From positions 1 through 64,000 of the IMG/VR virus record IMGVR_UViG_3300007067_000087: DNA of 64,000 nucleotides; one strand, written 5' to 3'. Within the stretch, counting starts at the first letter, position 1; each line of letters starts with the position of its first letter. A program made the translations under genes and the position numbers. Positions 14,448-23,932 of this stretch are shown here, one piece after another. Below the pieces are notes generated by a model. It was not told the origin of the DNA, searched no databases, and saw only the letters and a program-made list of their open reading frames with translations. Source of the DNA: a virus (Duplodnaviria > Caudoviricetes).

Positions 14448-16831
14448 TCATCATCTGGGCAGCCGCCGATGCGGGAGAATTGATCAAGGCTTATTCAAAA
14501 TCTTTCCGCAATTTTAAACCGGCTATTCCACCTCACCAATTCAAATCTTGGCAAGTCCAAGAAGAGCCGCCTATTCCCCAACAGGGACAGATTATTCTTG
14601 TTTGCGGGACAAAACCTTTAAATGTCCTACAAGCGCACGGCATTACCCCAAAGAACCGCAGTGTTTTCAGCATGCGGGAAAAACCGATCAAATATGGGGA
14701 CGGCTATTATCTTATCAGCTTCGATCCCAAAATCCTTAACTCCGAACCGGATAAAGTTGAACTGATTGATTGGGATTTACGCCTTGCAGTTCGCCTAATG
14801 CAGACCGGCACAACCATGCCGCCAATCGGCCATTATAAATATGTCAATGATTATCAGCCGATGATAGATAGCATTGAAGCCGAGTATGAACAAACCGGCA
14901 AACCGGTTGATGTTGCTTGCGACACCGAAACAATGGGCTTTTATCCTTGGTTGCCGGAGAAAGATATTGTCTCCATCAGCTTCACCAGAAAAGCAGGAAC
15001 AGCCGAAGTTTTGTATCTCAGTCAACAGTCAAAACCATTACCCTTTAAGCCTGATGTTAACCTGTTTGGGCAAATCAAATGGTTACTCACCTCCCCAAAG
15101 GTCAAGTTACGGTTGGCAAATGGTAAATATGATTTGATCTGGATCGCCGAGAAGTGGGGAATTGAATGCACCAACTTCAAATTTGATACGATGCTGGTCG
15201 GTTCGCTACTCAATGAAAATCAGTCAAACAGCCTCAATAATCATGCCAAAATTTATACGCCTTTAGGCGGGTACGATGATGGTTTCAATTCAACCTATGA
15301 TAAGGGTCGGATGGAGACAATCCCCGCTAAAGACGATTTCCTTACCTATAGCGGCGGTGATACGGATGCAACTTATCGCGTTGCCGATGTATTGCGGGAT
15401 CAGCTAGCTCAAGATGAACATTTAACAAAATTTTACCTGACAATCCTGCATCCCGCCGCCCGTGCCTTTGAGAAGATTGAACGGCGCGGCGTATTGGTTG
15501 ATCAACAGAAGTACCATCTCTTGCGGGGCGAATTACAGCAAGTTATTGACGAGGGAAATAATAAGGCTCTCTCCATTTTACCCAATAAGTTACGAGAAAA
15601 ATATCGTGACAAGATTGAAAGCCAGCTTGCGCAGGGCAAGAATCCACTGCTACCGTCAATCCTGAAAGATTTTTTCTTCTCTCCACGTGGCCTTAATCTG
15701 AAACCCAAAGTCTTCACCGGTAAGACTAACGAACCCTCAATGGCAAAATCGCATTTGAAACAATTTGCCAATATGCCAGAGGCTTCCGAAATGGTTGAGG
15801 CTTTGTCAGAAATTGATGCTGCCTCCAAAACCCTCTCAACTTTTGTTGAGGGATTCCTTAAACATTTAAGGCCAGATGGACGCTTCCACTCAACCTATTT
15901 TCTCGGCCATACGGCACAAGAAGGCTATGGTGGCGGCGATAGCGGCACGGTGACAGGCAGATTGTCCTGTAAAGACCCTGCCTTTCAAACTTTGCCGAAA
16001 AAGACCAAATGGGCAAAAAGACTGCGTGAATGTTTCATCGCTCCACCGGATAAAGCCATTGTGTCACTTGATTATTCTCAAGGAGAATTACGGGTAGTGG
16101 CCTGTGTCGCGCCAGAACCAACCATGATCAAAGCCTATGAACAATGGCTTGATCTGCATGCCGTTACGGGGGCGAAACTCGGCAATGTTGATTTGCAGGA
16201 ATTTTTATCGTGGGAGAATAGCACAAATGAGGATTTGAAAGAACTGTTCAAGGAATACAGAACCAAGGCCAAACCAGCTAATTTTGGTCTCCTGTACGGT
16301 ATGCAGACCCAAGGCTTTATTGCCTATGCGTGGGCGAATTATGGACTAAAACTTTCAGAACAGGAGGCCTATAAAATCCGCAATGATTTTTTCACCCTCT
16401 ATAGCGGCTTGACAAAATATCATGAAAAACAGAAGATGCGGGTTAACAACCAAGAAATGGTACGTAGCCCGCTAGGACGTATCCGCCACCTACCAATGAT
16501 CAAATCGTGGGATAATGCGATACAATCCCGTGCCGAGAGACAAGCGATAAACTCTCCTATCCAATCCTGCCTTTCCGACATGATGCTGTGGGCAATTGCT
16601 CTGATTGAGCAAGAATACGGAGAGCATGTGGATATTGTCGGTACAGTGCACGACAACCTGATCGCCTATGTACCAGCGCAAGATGTAAATCTTTGGGCAA
16701 AAAGATTGGTCGAAATTATGGAAAACCTGCCTTTCCATGAATTGGGTTGGCAACCCCAACTTAAATTCATTGCTGATGCCGAGGCTGGTCTTAATTTGGC
16801 CGATATGGAGAAAGTCAAATTCAACGTTTGA
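14444..16831 (+). CDS. polA: Phage family A DNA polymerase with 3'-5' exonuclease and a degenerate UDG-like N-terminus
   Basis: Exo I DTETMG, Exo II NGKYD, Exo III YSGGDTD; motif A DYSQGELR, B KPANFGLLYG, C TVHDNL. Confidence 0.92.
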   Translation: MIIIWAAADAGELIKAYSKSFRNFKPAIPPHQFKSWQVQEEPPIPQQGQIILVCGTKPLNVLQAHGITPKNRSVFSMREKPIKYGDGYYLISFDPKILNSEPDKVELIDWDLRLAVRLMQTGTTMPPIGHYKYVNDYQPMIDSIEAEYEQTGKPVDVACDTETMGFYPWLPEKDIVSISFTRKAGTAEVLYLSQQSKPLPFKPDVNLFGQIKWLLTSPKVKLRLANGKYDLIWIAEKWGIECTNFKFDTMLVGSLLNENQSNSLNNHAKIYTPLGGYDDGFNSTYDKGRMETIPAKDDFLTYSGGDTDATYRVADVLRDQLAQDEHLTKFYLTILHPAARAFEKIERRGVLVDQQKYHLLRGELQQVIDEGNNKALSILPNKLREKYRDKIESQLAQGKNPLLPSILKDFFFSPRGLNLKPKVFTGKTNEPSMAKSHLKQFANMPEASEMVEALSEIDAASKTLSTFVEGFLKHLRPDGRFHSTYFLGHTAQEGYGGGDSGTVTGRLSCKDPAFQTLPKKTKWAKRLRECFIAPPDKAIVSLDYSQGELRVVACVAPEPTMIKAYEQWLDLHAVTGAKLGNVDLQEFLSWENSTNEDLKELFKEYRTKAKPANFGLLYGMQTQGFIAYAWANYGLKLSEQEAYKIRNDFFTLYSGLTKYHEKQKMRVNNQEMVRSPLGRIRHLPMIKSWDNAIQSRAERQAINSPIQSCLSDMMLWAIALIEQEYGEHVDIVGTVHDNLIAYVPAQDVNLWAKRLVEIMENLPFHELGWQPQLKFIADAEAGLNLADMEKVKFNV

Positions 16832-16869
16832 ATTGAGACTTCAAATCTTGCTGTAAATGTGTCATATTA

Positions 16870-16889
16870 ATTTGCAATTAATTGCAAAT
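16870..16889. promoter_or_regulatory. Perfect 20-bp palindrome
   Basis: ATTTGCAATTAATTGCAAAT before portal. Confidence 0.8.
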
Positions 16890-16910
16890 TATTTAAAAGA
16901 GGCAATTCCT

Positions 16911-18632
16911 ATGGCTGATATACCAGATAAAGAACATCTGAAACCCCGCACTGCCCGCATTATCCAACTGGAAAACAAACTTGCGAAAAGTGCGGCTAAA
17001 TCTAACAACTCCATTCAAAGTAACACCTCAACCGTAGAGGATGAATTTTCTGGATTTTATGGAGAGGGTACAACGGATGGCTGGCAAGTTATCAAACCAC
17101 CTTTTGATTTACGTCAGCTTGACCGCATGCCACAGGAGAACAACGCCTTGATGCCTTGTATTGAAGCATTGGTGACGAATATTGACGGCACTGGGTATGA
17201 CTTTGAAGTTAAGGGTGATAGGGCAGAAGACAAAGCTGACATGGAGTTCATAAAGCAGATAGAAGAGTTCTTTGATGAGCCTTGGCCGGGCATGTCCTTT
17301 ACCACCATCCGCAAAAATATTCGCCGTGATATTGAGAAATTGGGCAATGGTTTTATTGAAGTTATCCGTAATCCGCAGGATGAAATTGTCTTCCTGAATT
17401 ATATGGATGCCAAGCTGACAAGACTGGTTAAATATGATGCCCCCATTCTTGTTGAGCAAACAGTACGCCGTAACGGTCAAGATATTACCATCAACCTGTC
17501 AAAGCGGGAACGGCGTTTCTGCCAAATCATTAATGGTAATCAACTCACCTATTTCAAGGAATTTGGTGCATCGCGTGATTTAAACAAACATACCGGCAAA
17601 TGGGCAGAAGTGGGAGAACGTCTCCCTGCTAAAGAAAGAGCCACAGAAGTTTTACATTTTACTGCCGTACCCGATACCAATACGCCTTACGGTATCCCGC
17701 GCTGGATTGGGCAAACACCCTCCGTCTTAGGTTCTCGTAAGGCCGAGGAATATAACCTTGATTTCTTTGATAATGGCGGTGTTCCTCCCGTACTTATCCT
17801 GTTGCAGGGTGGGCAACTCCAGCCCGAAACCAACAAAGCCCTTGATATGAAGATGAACGGAGGTTCAGCCACTTCACGCAATCGGGTACAAGTTCTTGAG
17901 ATCATGCCAACTGATGGCACATTTGATCGTCCGTCATCTTCGCGGGTGACGGTTGAACGGTTCGGGGCGGAACGCCAGAATGACTCTATGTTTGAAAAAT
18001 ATGATGAGAAGTGCGAAATTCGTGTTCGCCGTGCTTTTCGTCTGCCGCCTATCTTTGTTGGTGCGGCCAATGATTATTCATTTGCCAGTGCTGCTGCTTC
18101 ATATCAGGTCGCCGAAGCGCAAGTCTTCAAACCAGAACGTGATGAATTTGACGAAATCATCAATGTGACTTTGATGAAAGAGCTTGCCCCTGATTATAAA
18201 TTTGTTTCCAAGCCACTTGTGATTGAAGATGCCACTTTGAAACTTCGCGCTATTGAACTGGCTGTGGGCATTGGTGGGGCAGAAAAGGAAGATGCCATCT
18301 ATGAAATCAATGAAGCGGCGGGGACGAATATCAAATATGCTGGCCCTCAAAATGAGATGGTAACAGAAGCTGGAGTTGATCCTGAAAATATCGCCACTTT
18401 GGAAGAAGAAGCTCCAAGCCCGCCATCAGAAAATGAACCTGTCGGGGCTGGATACACCACAACCATTAAAGCCGCTTGCGGTCAACCCCTCAATTACGAT
18501 GATATTCCCGCACTTCGTTTCGGTTTACGCCATCATGGTGACAAGGACTTAAGCGCACTCACCAAGGCCACCATGCAAGTAATGAGTAAGGCCAAAAAGC
18601 TGAATGTGAGGTGTGATTGTGGCTCGCATTAA
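16911..18632 (+). CDS. Phage portal protein
   Basis: YGIPRWIG, FFDNGGVP, VRRAFRLPP.FVG...DYSFASA are portal-like; follows a palindrome and precedes MuF. Confidence 0.85.
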   Translation: MADIPDKEHLKPRTARIIQLENKLAKSAAKSNNSIQSNTSTVEDEFSGFYGEGTTDGWQVIKPPFDLRQLDRMPQENNALMPCIEALVTNIDGTGYDFEVKGDRAEDKADMEFIKQIEEFFDEPWPGMSFTTIRKNIRRDIEKLGNGFIEVIRNPQDEIVFLNYMDAKLTRLVKYDAPILVEQTVRRNGQDITINLSKRERRFCQIINGNQLTYFKEFGASRDLNKHTGKWAEVGERLPAKERATEVLHFTAVPDTNTPYGIPRWIGQTPSVLGSRKAEEYNLDFFDNGGVPPVLILLQGGQLQPETNKALDMKMNGGSATSRNRVQVLEIMPTDGTFDRPSSSRVTVERFGAERQNDSMFEKYDEKCEIRVRRAFRLPPIFVGAANDYSFASAAASYQVAEAQVFKPERDEFDEIINVTLMKELAPDYKFVSKPLVIEDATLKLRAIELAVGIGGAEKEDAIYEINEAAGTNIKYAGPQNEMVTEAGVDPENIATLEEEAPSPPSENEPVGAGYTTTIKAACGQPLNYDDIPALRFGLRHHGDKDLSALTKATMQVMSKAKKLNVRCDCGSH

Positions 18633-20166
18633 AGCTGAAAGTTTTGTTGTCTTGGAGGAAACCATCGCTGCCGTGTTGGGGCAAGGTGTGACTGAACCTT
18701 TGCAAGAAGCAATTGAAGGCATTTACCGCTCTTTGGATAAAGGGGATTTTCTCGCTGCGCGTGAGGCCATTAACTCTCTTGATTTGAAAGATGTGGTATC
18801 CGAAACAAACGAGGAATTGGAAGAATTGGCGATTTCTTCCCTCTTGTTCGGAGCATCCAATGCCACCAATGATCTTAATAAAGTCTCCTATCTGGCAAAG
18901 GATAAACCCCTCCCTGATGAAATCACTTCTGCCCTTAACCAGTTGGATATGGCGTTCAAAAACAATGTTTCAGAACAGTTACGGCGGGAACTTCATAAAG
19001 TGTTGGATGCGGCGGAGGAAGAAGTTAAACAAGCTCTATTCAAGGGAGAAATTATCAAGGCCGACACCCGCACCGTCTCCGAGAAACTCAATGATGCTGT
19101 GTTGAAAGGCAAAAGCATGATCGACTTGCAAGCCAACCTTACCACCTCTCGCCTTGTCTCATTTGGCTTCTTGGCCGAGGCGGTTGAACAAGGCATGACG
19201 ACTTACCAAATCAGTGAAGAGCTTGATAGCCGCACTTGTGCCTTATGTGCCGAAATGCACGGGCGCACGTTCAATGTCGCTTATGAATATTCCAAGGTTC
19301 GTTCTTCGATGCTGACTACTGACCCCAACGAGCTAAAAAATATCGCCCCATGGCCGAAAAACACCAAGGCAGAAGTCACCCGTATCAAGGGAACACAATC
19401 TGATAATCTGCAAAATGAGGGGTATGGCTCTCCACCTTTTCATCCCTTTTGTCGTGGCATCCTCGTTACTGTGGGACAGGCGAGTGAAATGATTACAGAT
19501 TACACACTGGAAGATTTTCCCGCTGATTGGGAAGTCTTCATTGAGGATATGAAACCTTGGAACGAGAATATGCGCATTTCACCGCAACGTTTTAAAAACT
19601 CCATGCTCTACGGCTTAACGCCTGAACTTGTTTCTGTTGAAATTTACGGAAGTGATTTGTTTTTCGATGCAAGTCTCGGTGGAGCATCAAAGATTATCCG
19701 TAACTTCGACTTTAAAAACAAAATCGTCAGCCACGAATATTTCAAATTGGCGGATCAAGGGGCAGGTACGGCAAAACGCGTTATGCTTAATCAGGTAGCC
19801 TTATACCGTGAGTTAGATTTTAAGGAAATCACCATGCACGCCAATATTGACGTTGGTGGCTATGCGTGGGCAAAATACGGTTTCGTACCAACTCCTGAAT
19901 CGTGGCGCAAACTGCATATCCACATCCTGCAAAAACTGAAACAGTTGGAAGCCGAAATCCCCAACTTCCCGCAAAATCTAAGAAATGACATTATTGAGAT
20001 ACTGGCAAGCAATGACCCCAAATCACTATGGACAATCGCTGATTTGAAAGATACTATAAATGGGCAATCTATAGCTAAACTGTTACTTCTTGGTAGTGAT
20101 TGGTATGGGACAATGGACTTATTAGATTCCGAAACCACGGAAAGGTTTATCAAATATGTCAAATAA
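18613..20166 (+). CDS. MuF/SPP1 gp7-like head protein with a C-terminal GNAT-like extension (candidate polymorphic toxin)
   Basis: DSRTCALC...HG and PPFHPFCR MuF motifs; C-terminal QGAGTAKRVM...ELDFKEITMHANIDVGGYAWAKYGF. Confidence 0.75.
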   Translation: MIVARIKAESFVVLEETIAAVLGQGVTEPLQEAIEGIYRSLDKGDFLAAREAINSLDLKDVVSETNEELEELAISSLLFGASNATNDLNKVSYLAKDKPLPDEITSALNQLDMAFKNNVSEQLRRELHKVLDAAEEEVKQALFKGEIIKADTRTVSEKLNDAVLKGKSMIDLQANLTTSRLVSFGFLAEAVEQGMTTYQISEELDSRTCALCAEMHGRTFNVAYEYSKVRSSMLTTDPNELKNIAPWPKNTKAEVTRIKGTQSDNLQNEGYGSPPFHPFCRGILVTVGQASEMITDYTLEDFPADWEVFIEDMKPWNENMRISPQRFKNSMLYGLTPELVSVEIYGSDLFFDASLGGASKIIRNFDFKNKIVSHEYFKLADQGAGTAKRVMLNQVALYRELDFKEITMHANIDVGGYAWAKYGFVPTPESWRKLHIHILQKLKQLEAEIPNFPQNLRNDIIEILASNDPKSLWTIADLKDTINGQSIAKLLLLGSDWYGTMDLLDSETTERFIKYVK

Positions 20167-20410
20167 GACAATGGCGGACATTAAGACCAAAATTATAAAC
20201 GGGCGTGAAGTTATCGTGGACGGATATGAAGGCTTCTATGAAGATGAGAACGGTAATTTACAGGATGCAGATTTTCATGAGCCTATACTAGCCGAAGGAG
20301 ATGATTGGGGTGCGGCGCAAGTTTCTATAAAAGTTGCAGATAGGCTAGGATTAAAGGGAGTTGCGGCTCGTCTAAGAGAGCAGTACCCGCTTAGAGATTC
20401 ATCTCTGTAG
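20156..20410 (+). CDS. Small acidic protein, candidate immunity for MuF-CT
   Basis: 84 aa, overlaps the MuF stop, acidic middle (YEDENGNLQDADFHE). Confidence 0.55.
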   Translation: MSNKTMADIKTKIINGREVIVDGYEGFYEDENGNLQDADFHEPILAEGDDWGAAQVSIKVADRLGLKGVAARLREQYPLRDSSL

Positions 20411-20421
20411 GTTTATTGATT

Positions 20422-20481
20422 ATGTCAAATAAAACAATGAAAGATATTAAGACGAAAATATCATCAAGGGTAACACTATAA
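20422..20481 (+). pseudogene. Remnant duplicate of the 5' end of ORF 20156
   Basis: MSNKTMKDIKTKIS versus MSNKTMADIKTKII, then TAA. Confidence 0.6.
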
Positions 20482-20744
20482 TATCATTAGAAATCAATAA
20501 ATTACCGGAAAATATCTCTGTTCAGGGTAATGCCTCAAATCAAGGAGGTTGGATATGTCGTTAGCATCGACATATTCGTAAAACATGTCGATAAAATCCG
20601 TTTTCATCGACATATGCTAAAACGCTGATTTTAACTGCCTATACAGGTTTCCTACCTAATTAGATTCTCCCGCCGATGATGACCACTTTTCGTATTTTAC
20701 ACGTTATTCTTGACGAAAAGACTAACGGGAACAATCTCCTTCCT

Positions 20745-20806
20745 TAGTCGCCTTGACAAGACTATAGGAGTATATTATTTTCTATAGTCGCCCTGACAAG
20801 ACTATA
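20745..20806. promoter_or_regulatory. Tandem 22-bp repeats with inverted ends upstream of fic (operator candidate)
   Basis: TAGTCGCCTTGACAAGACTATA 20745-66 and TAGTCGCCCTGACAAGACTATA 20785-806. Confidence 0.5.
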
Positions 20807-20833
20807 TATGCCGTCATCCGTATGGAGATAATA

Positions 20834-21982
20834 ATGAATTATGAAGGCCGCAGCGGACATTACGTAAAACAGCCAACTGGATATAGAGCGTTTATTCCGA
20901 AAGATTTGCCACCCAATCCCGTCATTGAAATAGATGATGAGATGCAAGGGTTGCTGTCACGAGCAGATCGCGCGTTAGGTCGCCTAGATGGTTCTATACA
21001 AACCTTACCCAATCCTAATTTGTTTATGATGATGTATGTGCGTAAAGAGGCGGTTTTATCAAGTCAAATAGAGGGTACACAGGCATCAATAAACGATCTT
21101 TTGAAAGCTGAAGTTGATATACATGATATCACGACACCAAAAGATGTCTCCGAGGTTATAAATTATGTCAAGGCCATGAACTACGGCTTGCAGCGATTAA
21201 ATGACCTCCCGTTGTCGATACGCCTAATCAGGGAAATTCATAAACATCTGCTTGAAGGGGTGCGCGGGTATAAGCTTCAACCGGGCGAACTACGCACAAG
21301 TCAAAATTGGATTGGAGCATCAGGTTCTGGTTTAGATTCTGCAAGTTATATCCCGCCACCACATCATATCGTGCCGGATGCTTTAGGCAAGCTAGAACTG
21401 TTTTTACACGCAAACGATCACATTCCGCCACTAATAAAAATAGGACTGGCTCACGCCCAATTCGAGACTATTCATCCATTCCTTGATGGAAATGGTAGGG
21501 TAGGGAGATTATTAATAACGCTACTTTTAACAGAAAGGAATCTGCTGTTAAAACCAGTGCTCTATATTTCGCATTATTTTAAAGCGCACCAGCAAGAATA
21601 TTACGCTAGATTACAAAATACACGAGTTGCTGGTGATTGGGAATCATGGCTTAAATTTTTCTTAAAAGGTGTTTATGAAGTTTCGGAACAGGCAACAGAA
21701 ACAGCAAGAAATATTGTTGAGCTAAGAGAGCGGCATAGACTGATAATATCTGATAAATTTGGCAGTGCGGCTGGAAACGCCAACAAGATTTTAGAGCTTT
21801 TGTATGAAAGACCTACGATAGGTATTCAGAGTGTAAAAGAGAAAATGGATATAAGCAGACAAAGCATTTACCCTTTGATAGAAAAATTTGTTGAGCATAA
21901 CATACTTGTTGAGATCACTGGCAAATCAAGAAATAAAAAATATCGGTATTTTGATTATATTGATTTATTCTCAAATCTTTGA
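20834..21982 (+). CDS. fic: Fic family protein (class II, internal inhibitory helix) with C-terminal HTH
   Basis: HPFLDGNGRVGR; SSQIEG inhibitory motif. Confidence 0.9.
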   Translation: MNYEGRSGHYVKQPTGYRAFIPKDLPPNPVIEIDDEMQGLLSRADRALGRLDGSIQTLPNPNLFMMMYVRKEAVLSSQIEGTQASINDLLKAEVDIHDITTPKDVSEVINYVKAMNYGLQRLNDLPLSIRLIREIHKHLLEGVRGYKLQPGELRTSQNWIGASGSGLDSASYIPPPHHIVPDALGKLELFLHANDHIPPLIKIGLAHAQFETIHPFLDGNGRVGRLLITLLLTERNLLLKPVLYISHYFKAHQQEYYARLQNTRVAGDWESWLKFFLKGVYEVSEQATETARNIVELRERHRLIISDKFGSAAGNANKILELLYERPTIGIQSVKEKMDISRQSIYPLIEKFVEHNILVEITGKSRNKKYRYFDYIDLFSNL

Positions 21983-22050
21983 ACGATTAAAAATCCGGTC
22001 TTAGTCTTGTTTACCCACGCATCAAGCTGGATCACTTTGTAGGCCATTAT

Positions 22051-22070
22051 ATTTGCAATTAATTGCAAAT
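22051..22070. promoter_or_regulatory. Perfect 20-bp palindrome
   Basis: ATTTGCAATTAATTGCAAAT before protease. Confidence 0.8.
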
Positions 22071-22130
22071 ATATAATAAAATCATGTATATTGCGCGTGA
22101 AACAATTCATTGGAACAGGGCGCATCACGC

Positions 22131-22790
22131 ATGACCATTCAGTCTAACATTGTAAGCGACAATTTGGCGGCAATCATGCCAACCGTTTCTACTTGTTCTA
22201 TTGTTCCCATCAAGAAATTCGATGAAGAATTACAGTTGATTTATGGTGAGGTTTACGCCCCCGGTATTCCCGATAGTCAGGGAGATTTCATGTCTGCCAA
22301 GACTATCAGGGAAATGGCTCATGAATTTTTAGCGCAAGGTCAAGTCAACAATATTGATATTGAGCATAACCGCGAATTGAGTGGTTGCGCTGTTGTTGAG
22401 AGTTTTATCGCCCGTGAAGATGATACAATCTTCATCCCCGGCAGTTGGGTGCTGGGGGTAAAAATCAACGATGCGGCTGTCTGGAATCAGATCAAAAAGG
22501 GTGAGTTGAACGGCTTTTCGATTGATGGTGAAGCGGTACGTATTCCCTCCAGAGTCACACTTGATATTCCCCATGAAGTACGCGGCCTCACCTCCGAGGT
22601 CAACGGTCACACGCACGAGTTTGTCATGTATTATGATGATGAGGGGAATTTCTTGGGTGGTGAGACCGACAAAGCCACAGACGACCACTTCCACACCATC
22701 TCACGCGGCACGATTACTGATGAAGCTTTAAATCACACACACCGTTTTTCTTTTATTGAGAGTATCCTCCATGCCCAAAACCATCATTGA
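22131..22790 (+). CDS. XkdF-like prohead protease with His-rich C-terminal repeats
   Basis: IYGEVYAPGIPDSQGD, GELNGFSIDG; HTHEF/HFHTI/HTHRF. Confidence 0.75.
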   Translation: MTIQSNIVSDNLAAIMPTVSTCSIVPIKKFDEELQLIYGEVYAPGIPDSQGDFMSAKTIREMAHEFLAQGQVNNIDIEHNRELSGCAVVESFIAREDDTIFIPGSWVLGVKINDAAVWNQIKKGELNGFSIDGEAVRIPSRVTLDIPHEVRGLTSEVNGHTHEFVMYYDDEGNFLGGETDKATDDHFHTISRGTITDEALNHTHRFSFIESILHAQNHH

Positions 22791-23880
22791 GGCTAATGAA
22801 ATTGTTAAACCGAAACTCAACTTTGTTTCCCTCGTTCATCGCGGGGCAAATCAAATTCCTATCCGCATCATGAAAAAAGAGGATGAACCAATGATTGATG
22901 TTCACGCACGTTTCCGCGCCATGTTCAAGAAGGCAGAGAAAGCACCGGAGGTTATCGGCATTGTCGTCAAAAGCGACACGCCGGAACACAAAGTTAACGA
23001 GGCTTTGAAAGCTGCCAGTATTGAGCCGGATACCGTTACCAAGTCTGAAACAGAAGACGGGATTACCACCTTTATCAAGGGTGATCTTCCCACCGATGGT
23101 TTGATGATCGTACAATCCCCAAATGATATTGGCATTCTGGTTGCAAATGTAAAGAAAGGGTTTGATGCTTGGTTGCCAGAAGAGGCGGAATTTGCTGACA
23201 AGGCACGGGCAGAGGGTTTTCACCTCAGCCTTTATAACTCCGTTGACGTATTGGTTGATTATTTATGTGACAAGCTCCGCAAATCTGAAAGCCCATCTCA
23301 AGCTGCCGAATTATTGGGGCAAGCCGTTGATGAGTTCAAACAGTATATTCAAGGCGCAGCCTCTACCTTGCCGGAAACCGCCTTTTACGTTGACCGTTAT
23401 GCCGCCTTGGCAAAAAGCGAAACAATTGAACCCTCATCCTCACAACCTGCTAATGCCCCGCAGACAGATGAAAGTGTTGCAAAGGCCGATACTACCGAGG
23501 AAGAGGCAGATAAAGATGACGAGAAAAAGAAAAAGCTGGAGGAAGAAGAGCAAGTTGAGAAAGATGATGCAGCCGATGCCAAAGCAGAAAATGATACTGC
23601 GCTAAAAGAACTTGCCAAGAATATTGAGAATTTGACAACGGCGGTGATGGCAATCGCCACAAAGCTTGATGCCAATCTTGAGAACGTCCAGAAAACGGTA
23701 GAGGGTAACGCCGCTGCCGTTGACAGCAAATTGCAGGAGTTTGATGCGAGGCTGAAAAAAACCAACGAAGCCGTACATGGCACAGTTTTTACCAGCCCCC
23801 GCGATGACAGGATTGCGGTGGAAAAGACCGGCAACCCGCATTTAAGCCTCCTCGACACCGCCTATAGCAATACGGCCTGA
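22771..23880 (+). CDS. Putative scaffolding/head protein
   Basis: FVSLVHRGAN N-terminus, acidic coiled coil; lies between protease and capsid. Confidence 0.55.
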   Translation: MPKTIIEANEIVKPKLNFVSLVHRGANQIPIRIMKKEDEPMIDVHARFRAMFKKAEKAPEVIGIVVKSDTPEHKVNEALKAASIEPDTVTKSETEDGITTFIKGDLPTDGLMIVQSPNDIGILVANVKKGFDAWLPEEAEFADKARAEGFHLSLYNSVDVLVDYLCDKLRKSESPSQAAELLGQAVDEFKQYIQGAASTLPETAFYVDRYAALAKSETIEPSSSQPANAPQTDESVAKADTTEEEADKDDEKKKKLEEEEQVEKDDAADAKAENDTALKELAKNIENLTTAVMAIATKLDANLENVQKTVEGNAAAVDSKLQEFDARLKKTNEAVHGTVFTSPRDDRIAVEKTGNPHLSLLDTAYSNTA

Positions 23881-23932
23881 TAACTAAAACCATTCCGACC
23901 CCACCCCATTTAACCAGACAAGGAATAAAAAC

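Noticed and set aside
16867-16881. CtrA box (TTAA-N7-TTAA) overlapping some palindromes (also near 31203 and 51570)
   Set aside because: Arises only in the TTAA-centred subset as a by-product of AT-rich flanks; most copies have TTGA or TCAA centres. Not excluded, but unsupported
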